From Nageia nagi (lineage: Eukaryota > Plantae > Pinophyta): DNA of 64,000 nt. A program made the position numbers and the translations under genes. This document shows positions 25,221 through 38,960 of this stretch, piece after piece (within the stretch, counting starts at the first letter, position 1; the number at the start of each line of letters is the position of its first letter). The stretch spans positions 12,648,001-12,712,000 of the forward strand of contig JBITNC010000002.1 of NCBI GenBank assembly GCA_050084985.1, read 5' to 3'. The notes beneath the pieces were generated by a model. It searched no databases. It was given only the letters and a program-made list of their open reading frames with translations, and was not told where the DNA came from.

Positions 25221-28200
25221 CATGTAACAAGGAGATATGGAGTTCAAGAAAAATAATCAAAATAGAATACATATTTAAAAATTAGATGGGTTTTATGTTT
25301 CATAGGAGCACTATTACATAGGAAGGAGATGAAGAAGGGAAAAATGATAATACTAATGAGGATCTAGGTGGAGATGGAGTGGAAAAAGAGTGTAGAAGAG
25401 AAGCATAAAATGAGGAATAAGTGATCATTAGAAGAAGAATAGAGAGAAGTGATGATGTGGACATATTTATTTTGAGAACTTCTCGTAATGCTGTAGACTT
25501 GTTGGATAATATATTGATGGAGAAAAGTCTTATCATTAAGAGATACTATTTTATTTTTTTGTATGAAATGGATGTTTCATTGGGGAAAAAATTTTGATTA
25601 TTCTTTTTAAAGAAAATGGTGAATCATGTCCTCCAAGAATATTTCCAAAGGATAGGTATTTTTCCTAGGTAAAGGATATATGTTTGGAGACTAGGTTTCA
25701 TCCAACTTTGAAATTAGCTTGAAATGTGATTGTGAAGCTAATGCAATTATGTAAAGTATATATCCATCTAAGGAGATTCCATGGGAAAGAAATATCTTGT
25801 ACTGATTTTACTAATAGTTACTTATATAAAATGCAAGTAGAATATAATGGGTTTGATGTTTAATATTTAATCTCATTGAGATTCAAACGTGATTTGAATA
25901 TGTCCATCCATCGAAAGAGTATACATTGTAGTAGTATAAATCTATTTTGTGGTATTATTATATTCAAATATATCATAATCAAGAGATATAGAAGGGATAC
26001 AATATTAAATGTTCTTCTCTGTCTATATCAAAATATGTATTGAATATGTTCATCCACCTAAAGGGTAGATAGTGTATGTGTTCAAGTCTTTGACCCATTA
26101 TTTTTAGTTTTAAAATTAATACAAATTCTATTCAACCTTAGCGTATAATATCAAAGATAACTAAGAAAGGATCAAAATAAAGCAAAATATTTTTACTTAT
26201 GATGTAATTAATCTTTCAAATCTAACATATGTAAATATGAAAAATTTACCTTGAGAGGTATTGAGGTTGATTATTCATAATATACCTATGGCAGATGAAG
26301 AATGAAGATTTATGTAAGTGCTAAAGTACAAAAGAATACCTTTATGCAAAATTGTCCATTTTCATTTCAAACTTAATGGTATATGGGTGAATTAATATCA
26401 CTATAAATATATTTTCTTAGTTATGGATGACGGCCCTTGCTCCAATAATGTAGAAGGAAGGTAATGCTTAGCTAGTTGAGGGATATGGAAAAAATCCAAA
26501 TACGGCAAGATTTCTTACTACCATAATTGATTCAAAGTTCGATGCATTTAAAGTTGGAAGGTGGAATATGCAATACCAATGGTAAATTTAAATTTATAAG
26601 GTATTAATGATGGTTGGATGAATACATAGTACCACAACCAACTTATATTTTAGATTAATGCTAATACATAGTGTATGGATAAAAATAACATAGTATATTT
26701 CAAATATAGTTTTATTCTTCTTAGGTTAAATTATTAATTGATAAGTAATTTTTTTAGGTATTTTAATGAACATTGAGCTAACATATTATTTAGCATGGAA
26801 TGTTGTGAACATGATTGATAATTTAACTAAAAATTTCTAATTATTTATTTAATAAAAAGATTACTATTACTCTTATTATTACTATAACTATTAATATTAA
26901 TGATATTATTAATAATATTACTACTATTACTACTACTATTGTATTAGGAGAATAAGGAAATCCTCCTATATACCCTAATTGCATTGAGTAAACTTTATAA
27001 TGTAGTCAATGATGTTGGTGTGACACATCCTTATGATTTTATGAGACCTTAGGGATTGATATTGGGACCTACCCTCCATTAGGGAGAATCTTTGACTAAT
27101 ATGATAATTTTAATTGATAACATGCATTCATAAAGATGTAGAGGGAAATGATATTTCTTAAATATTAAGGATATCATATATTCCTAAAGATGCATTCCTA
27201 ATATGTAGATTTATTATATTTTAAAATATATTTATTATTGACATATTTTCCAAATAGTTCATGTGATCATCTTCCCTAAACTAGTTACATCAATTTTTTT
27301 ACCTAAAACAATTTGTATATTTTCAATACTTTATGTTTTGGAAATCACTATCTAATGACTCCTTTTACCATCTTTTAGGCTTTTAGTCTTAGCATTAATT
27401 TTTTTTCTTAAATATTTTATCAAAATATTTTTAAATTATTGTAAATTGTATTTCATAATATTTGATCTAATATTTCTTATTTCATTTGTCAAGCATGACT
27501 ATCCTTCTTTTCTGAATTTAGTTTTGTCCACAAAATTTTGGAATATCAAGTAAATATTATGTATTTGCTTATATTTGAAATAAATTATTTGTCTCACTCT
27601 TGAACATCAATTCTTATTCTAATTGGGTAAGAGGCATATCTTACTATATAAATAACATTCACTTTTGCATGTACTTATTGTAACTACTTATTTTATCAAA
27701 AAGGAGGTATTTATCTTACTTATATACTATCTAATATTATCATACTAAATTGTTTTTTATATTTATACATCCAATAAGTCATTTTTCTTGAAAAACATGA
27801 ACAAATCTATCTTGGATTAAGATAGTGCTTTATTTCCTCTAAACTTTTCTCTTAAATTTATTATTTTTTTAAAATGCCTAATAAGGATAAATTTGTAAGT
27901 GTTGCATGGCATAAATGATATATAAAAATAACAATGATAATGAGAGGATAGAAGATTATATAAATGAAATATAAGAATGCCCATGATTATAAATGTATCA
28001 TTATCATGCTAATTAGTAATTATAATATCATAATAACCATAATATCAACATTAGTTTTAACTAGAATGATAATGTTAAGAGTCAAAATTCTAATATTGAT
28101 TATATTAAGAACATTAAATATATGAAGAAAAAATATAAAAATAATAATGCTAATATCAATAATAATATCAATGTTGATATGCTATGAAAACAAAACTAGA

Positions 28201-28239
28201 CAAACTAAAAAATAATGGATTTTGTTGTGTATATCTTTC

Positions 28240-31200
28240 AAATCTAAAAAAACCTTGTTCCTCATTCTTTATGAATAGAAGGATGGATAGAATTGTGGAA
28301 TGATAACCTATTTTGAATTACTTTAGTTCTTAAAGTAATTGATGTCAAACTTGTTAAATTTCATAAACATTCTAACCATGCTCTCCATGATGAGATTAAT
28401 ATGGTGCTTTTTTATTTGGAATCTAATCCTTGAAGTAGCCCACTTAAAGGAATATTTCGCTATTAGGCATGAACTTCATAAAATTAAAGGTTATGAGGAT
28501 AAATGGTACCAAACCCATGCTCAACTCCATTAGATCAGAATTAATGAAAATATCAACAAAGAATTTATTTAGCATCTTTGAACTCCAAATTATGTTATTC
28601 AATTCAAAGCTAACAAGGTTGGGCTTATTAGAATCATTCATCCATATTCCATATCTCAAGTCTTTGTTAAGCATTATCAAGATGTTTTTTCCTCTATATA
28701 ACTTACCATAGAAAACCAATAGGGAATTTCTAGCTATTGTAGTATGGTTCTAACTAAATTCTCCCCCTCTCAAAGGTTGGAGTATGATAGTCTCCTCTCC
28801 CTGGAAGACCTTGAAGCTACTTTTGCATGTATGGCTAATGAAAAGGCTCTGAAACTTAATGAGTTTCCTTGTAAATTTTAGAAATCCCTTTAGGACATTT
28901 TAGGCCTCAATATTCTTTGTCTTTATCATGAAGACCTATCTAAAGGCTCTTTGGGGACACTTATCAATAAAGGGCACATATAAATCATTCCCAATATAGG
29001 GGACCTAGAGCTCATCACTAGTTGGCAAGCTATTATTTTTCTTAATATCAACTACAAGATCATCGCTAAAGCTTTGTCTCTAAAACTACAGCTAATTGTT
29101 ACCTAAATACCTTATCTATAACAAATGAGATTCATTCAAAGTGAGTATTTTCTTGATAATGTTGTAGCTATTTTGGAAGGGATAAAGTGGGCTCATGTCT
29201 TACACCATGAAACCCTCTTCATCAAGATTTATTTTAGAAAGGCCTATAAAAAAATTAAGTGGTACTTTATAATGGCCATGCTTCAAGCTTTAGGTTTTGG
29301 TCCTATGTTTATAGCTTCAATGCAAATGCTCTTCACATGTGCCTTAACAATTCTAACATTAAATGGCAAATAAAGTCTAGCCATTAGGCTTTTTAGACTA
29401 GTTAGATAGGGATTCTTGTTATCCCCTTCTTTTTATGTGTTAGTAGTGGAAGCCTTTGGCTACATGCTACAAAATAAAGCATCTCATAGTCTAGTTCATG
29501 AAATGAAGATTACAAGGAATGAAGGATAACTTATCAGTGGCCACTTTGCAAATTATTTATTTGTTATCTTAAAAGAAGATCAAGCTTTTATGGCTTATGC
29601 ATTTCACTATCTTAACCTTGTTTGCACAACCTAAAGCTCCAACATTCAATGGAAGAAGACTTCCTATTATAGGAAATCTATCTTTGATTTTCCTTGATGG
29701 ATTTCCTCATTCCAATGGAAATGGGTTTCTCTTTAGACCATGTTTAAGTTTGTCGAAATCCACTTTGCATTTGAAAGTACTCTAACCCAATTTTGACATT
29801 TCATTTTATAAGAAGTTATTCTCTAGTCAATGAAAAGTCCAAATTTGATAAGTTCTAGCTTCTACGCATATATATTATCCTTTATGTTGTGTTCCCTCTT
29901 AAGCAAGTTACAAGAAGCTTGAAAAGCTTCTTAGAGACTTTCTTTGGTCTAGATCAAAGTTAAAAAAGCTTTCATTATGTACATCAAGATTTTTGTTACC
30001 TACTCAAAAGTAAAGTTGGAATGGGTCATTTTTACTATTAGTGTAAAGGATTAGTAGTGAGCATGAAGGAAATTATCAGATCTTTGTAAGGTTCAAAATG
30101 AAAAATTCTTATAAAAAATTGTATGTCCCAATACCTTCTTTTTGAAAACAAAAGTTAGAAGTGGAGTGATACTCCTTCTATTAGTTTATCCTTCACACTG
30201 ATTAAAATTATTGGCTCTTTTTTGTACAAAACCCTTGAGAAAGCTAAAGAGTTTGTCAAACCATGACTCTGATGGAAAAGTGGTCATTGCCACAAATGTG
30301 TTTCTCTAGCTTCTTTAAATATCTACTGATCTCTTGTAATCAAACACCAAGGTTCAATGCTAGCTCAAACATAATGAGTCAAAACACATTAATTTTTAAG
30401 AAAGACCTTACCTCTATAGAAATTTTGTGTAGTGTACTACTTTCTCTATATGGTCAAAACTTAAGCATTTGGATTAGCACCCTTGGTAGACATAATGGAA
30501 TTAATTCAAAGATATTCCTTTGTTTAACTACATAGATAAGCATGGCTACAATTGGCTTTTAGCCAACTTGCTTATAGTGCCCAATTGAAATGAGTGTTGG
30601 GAGATTTTCTCCTTTAGTGAAATTTGGTAATAAAGGTTCAAGTTATTATGGGTCAATTAAAATTAACACAAACAAGTATATTTGACTTGGAGTTTGATTT
30701 TCCATGGTCTTTCTATTGGTCACAAACCCAATATTCTTAGGGTGGCAAATCCCTCTTGTCGATTCTATGGTGTAGATGAGTCTATTATATCCTTTTTTGT
30801 TATGTGAAAAAGCCCACAAAGCTTGTGACTATATAAAATCTTTATTTCACCCATTTTTGTATTATCCTATAGCTTAGCACTATAATCTCGTAAGAGAGCC
30901 TCCAAATTTTTCTAAATAATTGATTAGATTATACAATATTTTTTGAATTACAATTATATTCTATTTATCGAAAAAAATGAATGCAATTTTATTTGCAACA
31001 AAGTTTTCCTCTAGCAATTTCCTTCTAGGTTACAAACTAGTTATTTTTCATGATATTTTCATTTCTTGATTAAATATCAAGAGGAAAAATTGATTATGGA
31101 GGTTAACCATTTGATGGAGCTTATCACTCACTAGGGCAATGATCCTGATCCGAGAAAGCACTCCTATTCTTGACCTCATTATCACACTTCTTTTAGAGAG

Positions 31201-31857
31201 TGGTACCAAATCTCATCTCATCCTTTTCAACATCATTCACATAATGCATGGAATCCTTATCTCTATCCATCATGATATGCATGTCACCAGGAGGCTCACC
31301 TAAGCACCTCTCATAATGATGGTTTGGAGACTCATAATAGTTTAAAGAATCAGCTTGATGATTATGGAAGCACTAGGCAGGGTAGTGGTACTAGCTAGAA
31401 TGAACCAACACAAGCAATTAATGAGGCAATGTTGGTTGGAAGTCACTCCCCATGGCAACTTCTTTGAAACTCATACCTTTGAAAGAGGGGTTGAAATGGA
31501 ATGAATTTTATGATATGCTCAATAAGACACATGATTCGCACATCCCATTGCATTTTTGACACCATAATGATACTATGTAGTAGCCCCTTTTAGCACCAAT
31601 ATTGAGAAAGGGACTAATCCCTCCAATGATAGCCATGCAGAACCTTTGGTTATTAATCTAGACTCCACTACCCCTCTTGCTAGCTTTCCTTCAATAACTT
31701 AAATTATTACTACTATTTATGCTTTCTCGTTAATGTTTAATTAATGTTGTTCCCTGCCAAATATTTTGGTGGTATGTTTTTAAAAAATTCTAAGTAGATG
31801 TGACTTGTCCAACTTTTTTCCTTTTGTATGATATAATTTTATTATTTAATATAAAAA
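28240..31857 (+). mobile_element. Degenerate 5'-truncated L1-type LINE (ORF2 reverse transcriptase and 3' region)
   Basis: RT motifs EFPCKF*KSL*DILG (~28861), FLNINYKIIAKALSLKLQ (~29038), VR*GFLLSP (29401, from VRQGCPLSP) and HFAN (~29541, from FADD). A-rich end at ~31850. Confidence 0.85.
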
Positions 31858-31935
31858 TTAATCATTAAAAAATTGGATTATTACAATGACATTAATGAAC
31901 TCATATATAAATGAATATTGTTCTAAATAGTGTTC

Positions 31936-33444
31936 AGGGATCATTTTAACCACGAATATTCACTAATAAGTGAATTTTAGAAATTCAAAAAATGGAAAAT
32001 GGCAAACTTTTTGGGTTAAAACAATATGCATGTTGGCAAAAAATTTTATTTTTATTTTTTCGACCCTGATCCCCAAGTCAAATTTAAATTTTAAATTATT
32101 TTTTTATTAAATCATTAATATTTTAAAATAATAAATAACCTACTTCACCTTGAAATTACAAATTATTATTTATATTTTGATTAAATCGCCCATATAAATA
32201 CTTTAAATAATAAATTTGATACATCCATTATTATTTTCTCCTAGATCTATTTTGAGCGAGAGTATCAACAAAGCCTATAGTATCTAAAAAGAGACAAGAT
32301 AATTGGTGAGATCTTATTCCAAATATTATTATGTTTCATACCATTTTTAATTCACATTTGACTACAAATGGTACTATATGCCTCTAAATAGTTTTATCTA
32401 CCTTTGAATGGTTGTATGTACCTCCAGATGATGGCATATTTTAAAGACAGTAGTAGTCTACCTTCATTTGTTAGCATGTTGTATTTGAATAGTGGTATTT
32501 TACCTTCGAATGGTTGCAAGCTACTACCTCACAATGGAAGACTTATAGCACTCGATGGCAACTTGCTACCACCTGCTAGCATTTTGCTACCTACTACTGA
32601 TGATACCTAGTAGAATACTACTTTCGCCTAATAGCAAACTGTTGCCATCTTGTAGCATACTACTATCACTTGGTATGATGCACCTTTCCAGAGCCATAAC
32701 TTTTGACCATGATGTCCATTTGTTTTAAAATTTAAAACATAGCTCCATGTCCATGTTTTGCATGTGCCTAATTATATTACACTAACCATCAAAAAATCAC
32801 ATTTTCAAGACCTAACTTTTTAGCGTCCAAAAATTAGCTTTTGCTTTATGTTTGCAAGATTTTTAGGCTTTTTTATATGTTAGAACTTTAATATTTTTTG
32901 TTATACATTAAGTTGAGTTAAATTAAGGTTGATTATGGTAAAAGGGATGTGCATGCCAATTTTGCCCAATTCCAACTCATTTTTATTTTTAGCTATTTTT
33001 AGAAAAATATGATTTTAGGGTTGATTTAGGGTTTTTTTGGTTTTTTGGTTGCTATATGATGGATTGTATTCTTTTTAAGAAGTAGTGTGAATTCAAGAGT
33101 GTGAAGAGTATCATTTTGCAGATTTCTTCCATTATATTACATCTATATTATGTGATTGGAGTTCATTTTGTTGGTCTTTTGTAGCTGAATTCACATCACA
33201 GTAGTATAATGCTACCATCTGGTAGCACATTGCCATTACCTGGTAGTAGACTATTATCGTCCACCTGATAGTAGACTACAACAAAACTCTTTAAATTCGC
33301 CAAAACAATCTATATGACCTTTTTTTTATCTTCAAATTCACTTTCATAATTTTTACAATTTTTTAAAAATTGCCTTACTTACGAATCTGATTCGCCTAAA
33401 ATTTTCCAATTTAATATTAAAAAAAAAACTCTTAAAATGATCCT
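31936..33444. mobile_element. Probable non-autonomous TIR DNA transposon (Mutator-like)
   Basis: GGATCATTTTAA at 31938-31949 and its reverse complement TTAAAATGATCC at 33432-33443. Flanks atagtgttc / atcgtggtt match 6/9 (possible decayed 9-bp TSD). Internal clusters of ctacca.ctggtagca-type motifs. Confidence 0.45.
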
Positions 33445-33930
33445 ATCGTGGTTGGAGAAATACGTGCACGCCCACCTATCCTTTGATCGATGTTAGTCAT
33501 CGGGTAAAGTTAATAATTTTACCTTTCACTTTTTAACTGAAACAGTAGATTAGTTTCACGATCAAAACCCAAAGAAATATAGAAAAAGATTGATACAATA
33601 AAAAGTGTGGTCCTTGGGTATATTCAAGACGTCACGATTCATGCCATTGACATCGATGCCAAAAATGAGACCGACCATGGCGAATTATCACTGTTTAGTC
33701 GGTATTAACTTTACATTTTCAATGGACAAATATTTAATCATAAGTTTCTGCTTTACAAGTGTAATCTGACACAGACTTCTGACTTTTACTCGCTATAATA
33801 ATCATCCCTGAAATGTATCATTTTCAAGCCAAATATAAAATATAATTACCAACCGTTACATATCACAGAATGAATGCCTCTTCGATGATTATATATACGA
33901 GAGGTTTTTGCTTAAAATATTGATCAAACC
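33445..33930 (+). promoter_or_regulatory. Putative MIR529 promoter (CpG-retaining island with TATA box)
   Basis: Dense CpG relative to the background. TATATATA at ~33890-33897 lies ~100 bp upstream of the hairpin. ACGT-core motifs tacgtg (33460) and gacgtc (33628). Confidence 0.55.
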
Positions 33931-33998
33931 ATCAGCGGTGTACTCAAGGTGTGCATGTATTTGATGGGATTTGTGTGAATAAAGAAGCAGTAAAAGAA

Positions 33999-34101
33999 TT
34001 GCTAAAATCTCAACCAGAAGAGAGAGAGCACTGCCTATCAAATTCCATTAACAATGGGAGCATAGGAGGTGCTCTCTCTCTTCTAGTTTAGGCTTTGGCG
34101 A
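33999..34101 (+). ncRNA. MIR529: microRNA precursor, miR529 (miR156/529 superfamily); mature 5p AGAAGAGAGAGAGCACUGCCU at 34016-34036
   Basis: The 5' arm ttgctaaaatctcaaccAGAAGAGAGAGAGCACTGCCTat pairs with the 3' arm ataggaggtgctctctctcttctagtttaggctttggcga around a ~23-nt loop. G:U pairs in the lower stem favour the + strand. The mature sequence starts AGAAG (miR529 register), not UGACAGAAG (miR156). Confidence 0.92.
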
Positions 34102-36463
34102 TGGGAAGATCAATTACCAATAGCATTACACGATATCTGCTTCTGATTACTATAAGTGTTTCAGTTATACTTATAGGTGTTTCATGTTTGTGATAAAATA
34201 AAGAATTTCATTGTAGAAGATGTTAAAATAATTTCTTCATCGCATTGTTATTGTAGGCCTGGTATACTTCTGGGAGAAATCAAGGTTAAATCGATGAAGC
34301 TGAGCCTTTAACGAAGCTTATAATCAGCCGTCCTTAACTGAATCATATGACATGAAACGTCATTGAGTTTGAGGTGTAAAAGGAGTACAAGGGTGGCGTA
34401 AGTTGTTTTCCATGCACAAATTGCAACTGTCATTTGTAAGAACAAGTACCAGTTTCTAAGTGGATGCAAATTTTTGTAAGAGTTAAAAACACAAAAACAA
34501 CAGCTGAAGGAAACTCGAAAAGGGGGTACAGCTGTATTGCTTGTGTTGAAATTGTAGATTATTTACAAGAAAACTTGCACCTAGTGAGATCTGGTTGCCT
34601 CTTCCATTCATTGTTTTTGCTAAAGGCTAAGCTTTATCTTTAGTGTTTAGCGAGGAGAGTTTTGAGAACTTCCTGACTTTAGGTTTTCTAAGGCGTATAC
34701 GTTCAAATTATTTTTGTTATTATATATATCTTGAAAGTATTTATCATTTATAATAATCTTATTTTTATAATGTTAACCTGCAATATCTGATTTTACGAAG
34801 TATTATGTTGATGTATTTGAATTGTTCTATATATTTTAGACTTCAATGTTTTACAAATGAGATTTCAAAATGCTTATTAAAAAGGATTTTTATTCACCTA
34901 AAACAAAGAGCTGTAGAAGAGTACAAATAATTGTAAAAGAGCTGCAATATATAGGTATATGTGAAAGAGAATTATTATTTTTTAATGAATGATAAATTTG
35001 AATTAGATGTTAGTTTTGCTTTTGATTATTATAGTTATACATTTGTAAAATGATTTAAAAATATAAATAAAAATGTATTAAATTATGTAAAAAGATAATT
35101 ATATTTTATTTATTTTGTTACATTAAGAAATGTGGGCATGCCTAACAACCAATTTATAAACTCAAAACTATGTGTAATTTGATTTTTATTTGATTTAAAT
35201 TTTTTACAATAACACAACATATTTATATTTAATCTCTCTAAATTAAAAAAGAAATATATATTATCATAGTTTGGCTCCCTTATTATTATAGTAAATAAAC
35301 TAAGGTTAAAGTATATACACTTAAAGTTATCTAATTTCATCATTGAAACAATGAACTCTATAGTTTTGTGGTTGAATCTTACATGGCATCTTGAAATTTG
35401 CAACACAGATCTTATATAAAAATGTACACAAAAATAATGTAAATGATGATTACTATACCTATTATTGTAAATGAGTAGTATATTGTAGAGTTTCAACTTC
35501 TTAACTAAATGGTGAAGATTACTCTCTAAATTTATTATTATATGTAATACTTATCATTCATATTTAATGTTTTCTTAAAGTGAAGGAACCCTCAATAATA
35601 GTACGTCACAAACATTCTCATCATTAGTCAAGCTAGCGATTTATCCTACGCATATTAACTTCACCCATTTAATTTAATTCTCTTAATTGATAGTTTATCT
35701 TGAATACAAGTTCATATATTTCCTTTGTGTTATATCTAAATCCTTATCTTAGATCACTTTATCTTTAACTACAAAGTAATCACATATCTTAATGCTCCAT
35801 TACATACTAAGTGTTTATGGAGATCTCATTGTTTTACTGATCTATAATTAATGGAGGCATATAACACACATAGATATTCAAATACAAATTCTAAGATTTA
35901 ATATTTTAACTCTATTCTATGTTTGCAATAATTCAGTAGAATGGATGCCTTCTAAATAATAATATAGCATAGTAATTTCACTACATTTTTCATTCATGGA
36001 GAACACAAAATAGTATAACAAATTCAAGAGTATTATGATCTTATATATTGCATAAGAATATTACATTCAACCCAACTGAGATCATGTTTTCCATTTCTTA
36101 TTTTCTCATGTTTCCTATATAACTAAAATATACACCTTTGTATCAAAATAAGAAATGTTTATTGTTATTCTCTTTTCTAAAAATCCTCTTTCCCCCCAAA
36201 AGACCCCTTTTCAATGAAGCTCTCTTAATGTTTAAAGTTAAATATAAAGTGTTGTGGGTTTCTTGTGATCATTTCAACTTCTTCCATAAATCCTTCCATT
36301 CTTCTAACCTCTTTAACTCATGTTTTCACATATTTTTGGTTTTTACAATTATTATAAGTGAAGATCAGCAATTTTTTGATCTTGAAAAATATTATCAAAC
36401 CTTTAATTATATTTTTATGTCATGATTTATAAGGCCACACCCTTATTAATGATGCTATACTAG

Positions 36464-37050
36464 GAAGATGATGACATCATTATATGGTTTATTAGATTCT
36501 GGAAAGGTGTTCAATACTAAATATTATACCCTAAAGATGATAACATCAAAATGTGATTTACCACACTATGATAAGATCTTCAATACTTAATATCAAACCA
36601 CAAAGATGATGATATCAACATGTGGTTTATTGGACATTAACAATTTCTTCAATACTTAATATTTCATAATGAAGATAATGATATAAATTTATGATTTGTC
36701 ATACTACAATAAGGTATTCAATACTAAATGTCACACTACAAAGATGATGATCTCATCATGTGGTTTCTCATACTTCAAAAAAGCCTTCAATGTTGAATGC
36801 AACATCTTATAGATTATAATATCAGTATGTGGTTTACCATGCTTTGGTAAGATCTTCAATATTGAATGCCATATCATAAAGATGATGATATCATCATGTA
36901 GTTTATTGCACTCCTACAAGGTCTTAAATTACTAAATACTATACCACAATGATGATGATGTAAGAATATGGTTTGTTGAACTCTTGCAAGGTATTCAACA
37001 CTAAACATCATACCAGAAATATGATGATATCAACATATGAATTGTTGAAC
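36464..37050. repeat. ~69-bp minisatellite, ~9 copies (LTR copy 1)
   Basis: aagatgatga.atca.catgtggtttat...actc...caaggt.ttcaatact.aat recurs at ~36465, 36534, 36602, 36672, 36740, 36810, 36879, 36948 and 37018. Confidence 0.9.
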
Positions 37051-37797
37051 TTATGTAGGTACTTTCCTCAACTTTGGAAGGTTTTTTTCCCTTAACAAGG
37101 GTTTGTTATCTAGGAAAAATATTTTTTACATATGGAAAAGATTTTCTAATCAAGGAAAGGATTTTCTTTCATAGTAGTAAGGTTTTTTTCTTTGATTTTA
37201 ATTATATATTGATCTAATAATTTTTGGATCATGCATCCCTAATGGGTAGGCACTTTATCCCCAAATACTTAAAAGATACAATAATGAGAAATAAATAGTT
37301 CTTCAAGGATATATATATATATATTGATCCCATATTGGATGTGCTAGAATCATTCATGGATTCCATGGCATAAATACGTGATATGTAAAGGTAGTAAGAT
37401 TATACAGTCCTTTACACTTCCACCCTCTTGCAATAAACTTTTACCTCTTCATTCTCTTGGTCCTTTCTCTCAACATTTGATTCCAATGTGTTTGAACAAA
37501 TTGTTATTTTTCTACTTGATGCTTTATTATCATACATGTTAGTTTTTTCAAGGAATCAATAATATCTTTCACATTCCTTGCTACAAGAATAGAATTTGCA
37601 GTTTTAGTTTTACTTGCATGATGTACCTTACTACAAATTTCCTACAATCTATAACAAGGTGATATTCATTCTTCTTCCTATAATATATAACATCCCTATC
37701 AAATAAATAAGGACTACCCAACACTATTCCAACAATATGAACATGTGCAACATCAAATTTCGTATATCAGTATTCCTCCTTAAACCATTTAGGTCTA

Positions 37798-38960
37798 TGT
37801 TATGTGTGTGCTTACCAATACTTATCATCCTCATGCTTTATTTTCTTTTTATCAATACGAGTTAATTTTGGATTAATAAAAAAATAAGAGATTGAAAAAT
37901 AAAATGTAATATAGTAATAAGTACAATATAAAGCATAAAAAATAAGTATTAAATAGATATCAATTTCATAATTGTGTGCGAAATTTGAAACTAGAACATT
38001 TAAAAAAGTTATCATATCTAATTTGAAATTTCAAAAGCATAGCCTTGCTGCCCAAATACCTTTAAAATTCAAAATTCAAAATGTCCTACAGAATATTGAA
38101 CGGATTTAGATCATGGTTAACATCCTCCCACTCAAAATCTTGGGGTATGAGCCACTGAACCTTTGCTCTAGAAATTATATAGCCTTCAACAGATTCTCAA
38201 TGATACTGTGTTATCGCTTCAGGGAGGATTACGGATGGTGTATTCCCTCCATGCCCTTCTTCCTGACTGCATCTTCTGTCCCCGACATCTCATCTTTACT
38301 ATGAACAACTGACCAGTCAAAAATATGGTAAATACAGCTCTTGATCATAATTCCAAAGTTTCATGGATTCAACGGAGGGAAGAATATAGAAATGCTCATC
38401 TAGCAACCCTCAGGTCTTTTAAACCATGAACGCTGAAGTCTCTCGTAGGTGCAACCCAGGCTTCCCTCCTTTCTCTTCACGTTCACCATAAACCCTGAAA
38501 TTATCCTAAAAATGTAGGTGCATCTATAAGGTTTCATTTTCTGCAACACCTGTCCTTGCAAAAAAATTCAATGGAGCTCACAGAAAATGTGCATGTCCTC
38601 ACAAAGTATCCACCATACGTATCTTCACAAAATATACACCATAAGTATCCTCTCAGGGTTTCCTCACCAGAATCTCCCCAATGCATTTCATATGGTATCC
38701 TCTCAGAGTTTCCCCATCAAAGTTTCCTCGCTTTCTTGTATCTAAAACATATCGTGTCTACTGTCCAACGTATTTCACATCCAATAGTTCTCGCATCTAA
38801 GTCCATCTCGCCAGCCATGAGCCCCTGAAGGAACCCGCAGGCATGCTCTGTTTCTCTTTTTTTATCCATCAATGTTCATAGTGTGCATCGCTTGTCCTTC
38901 GTCTCATCGCCACATCATGTCTCCTGCGAAAGACCTCCCATGTCGTTCACATCTCTCCTC
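37798..38960 (-). mobile_element. Nested insert resembling the 3' non-coding region, PPT and short LTR of a Copia-type element
   Basis: The minus strand has GAGTGGGAGGA (38133-38123) directly followed by TGTTAACC. A possible LTR spans 37798-38122 (TGTTA...TAACA). The insert interrupts the Gypsy gag/protease relic and retains CpGs. Confidence 0.45.

Noticed and set aside
34010-34036. Calling the hairpin miR156
   Set aside because: It lacks the UGAC 5' start (the sequence is aaccAGAAG). The register and 3' end fit miR529.
35110-35496. 128-aa minus-strand ORF
   Set aside because: Low-complexity Ile/Phe/Asn/Tyr composition expected from AT-rich DNA, with no domain signature.
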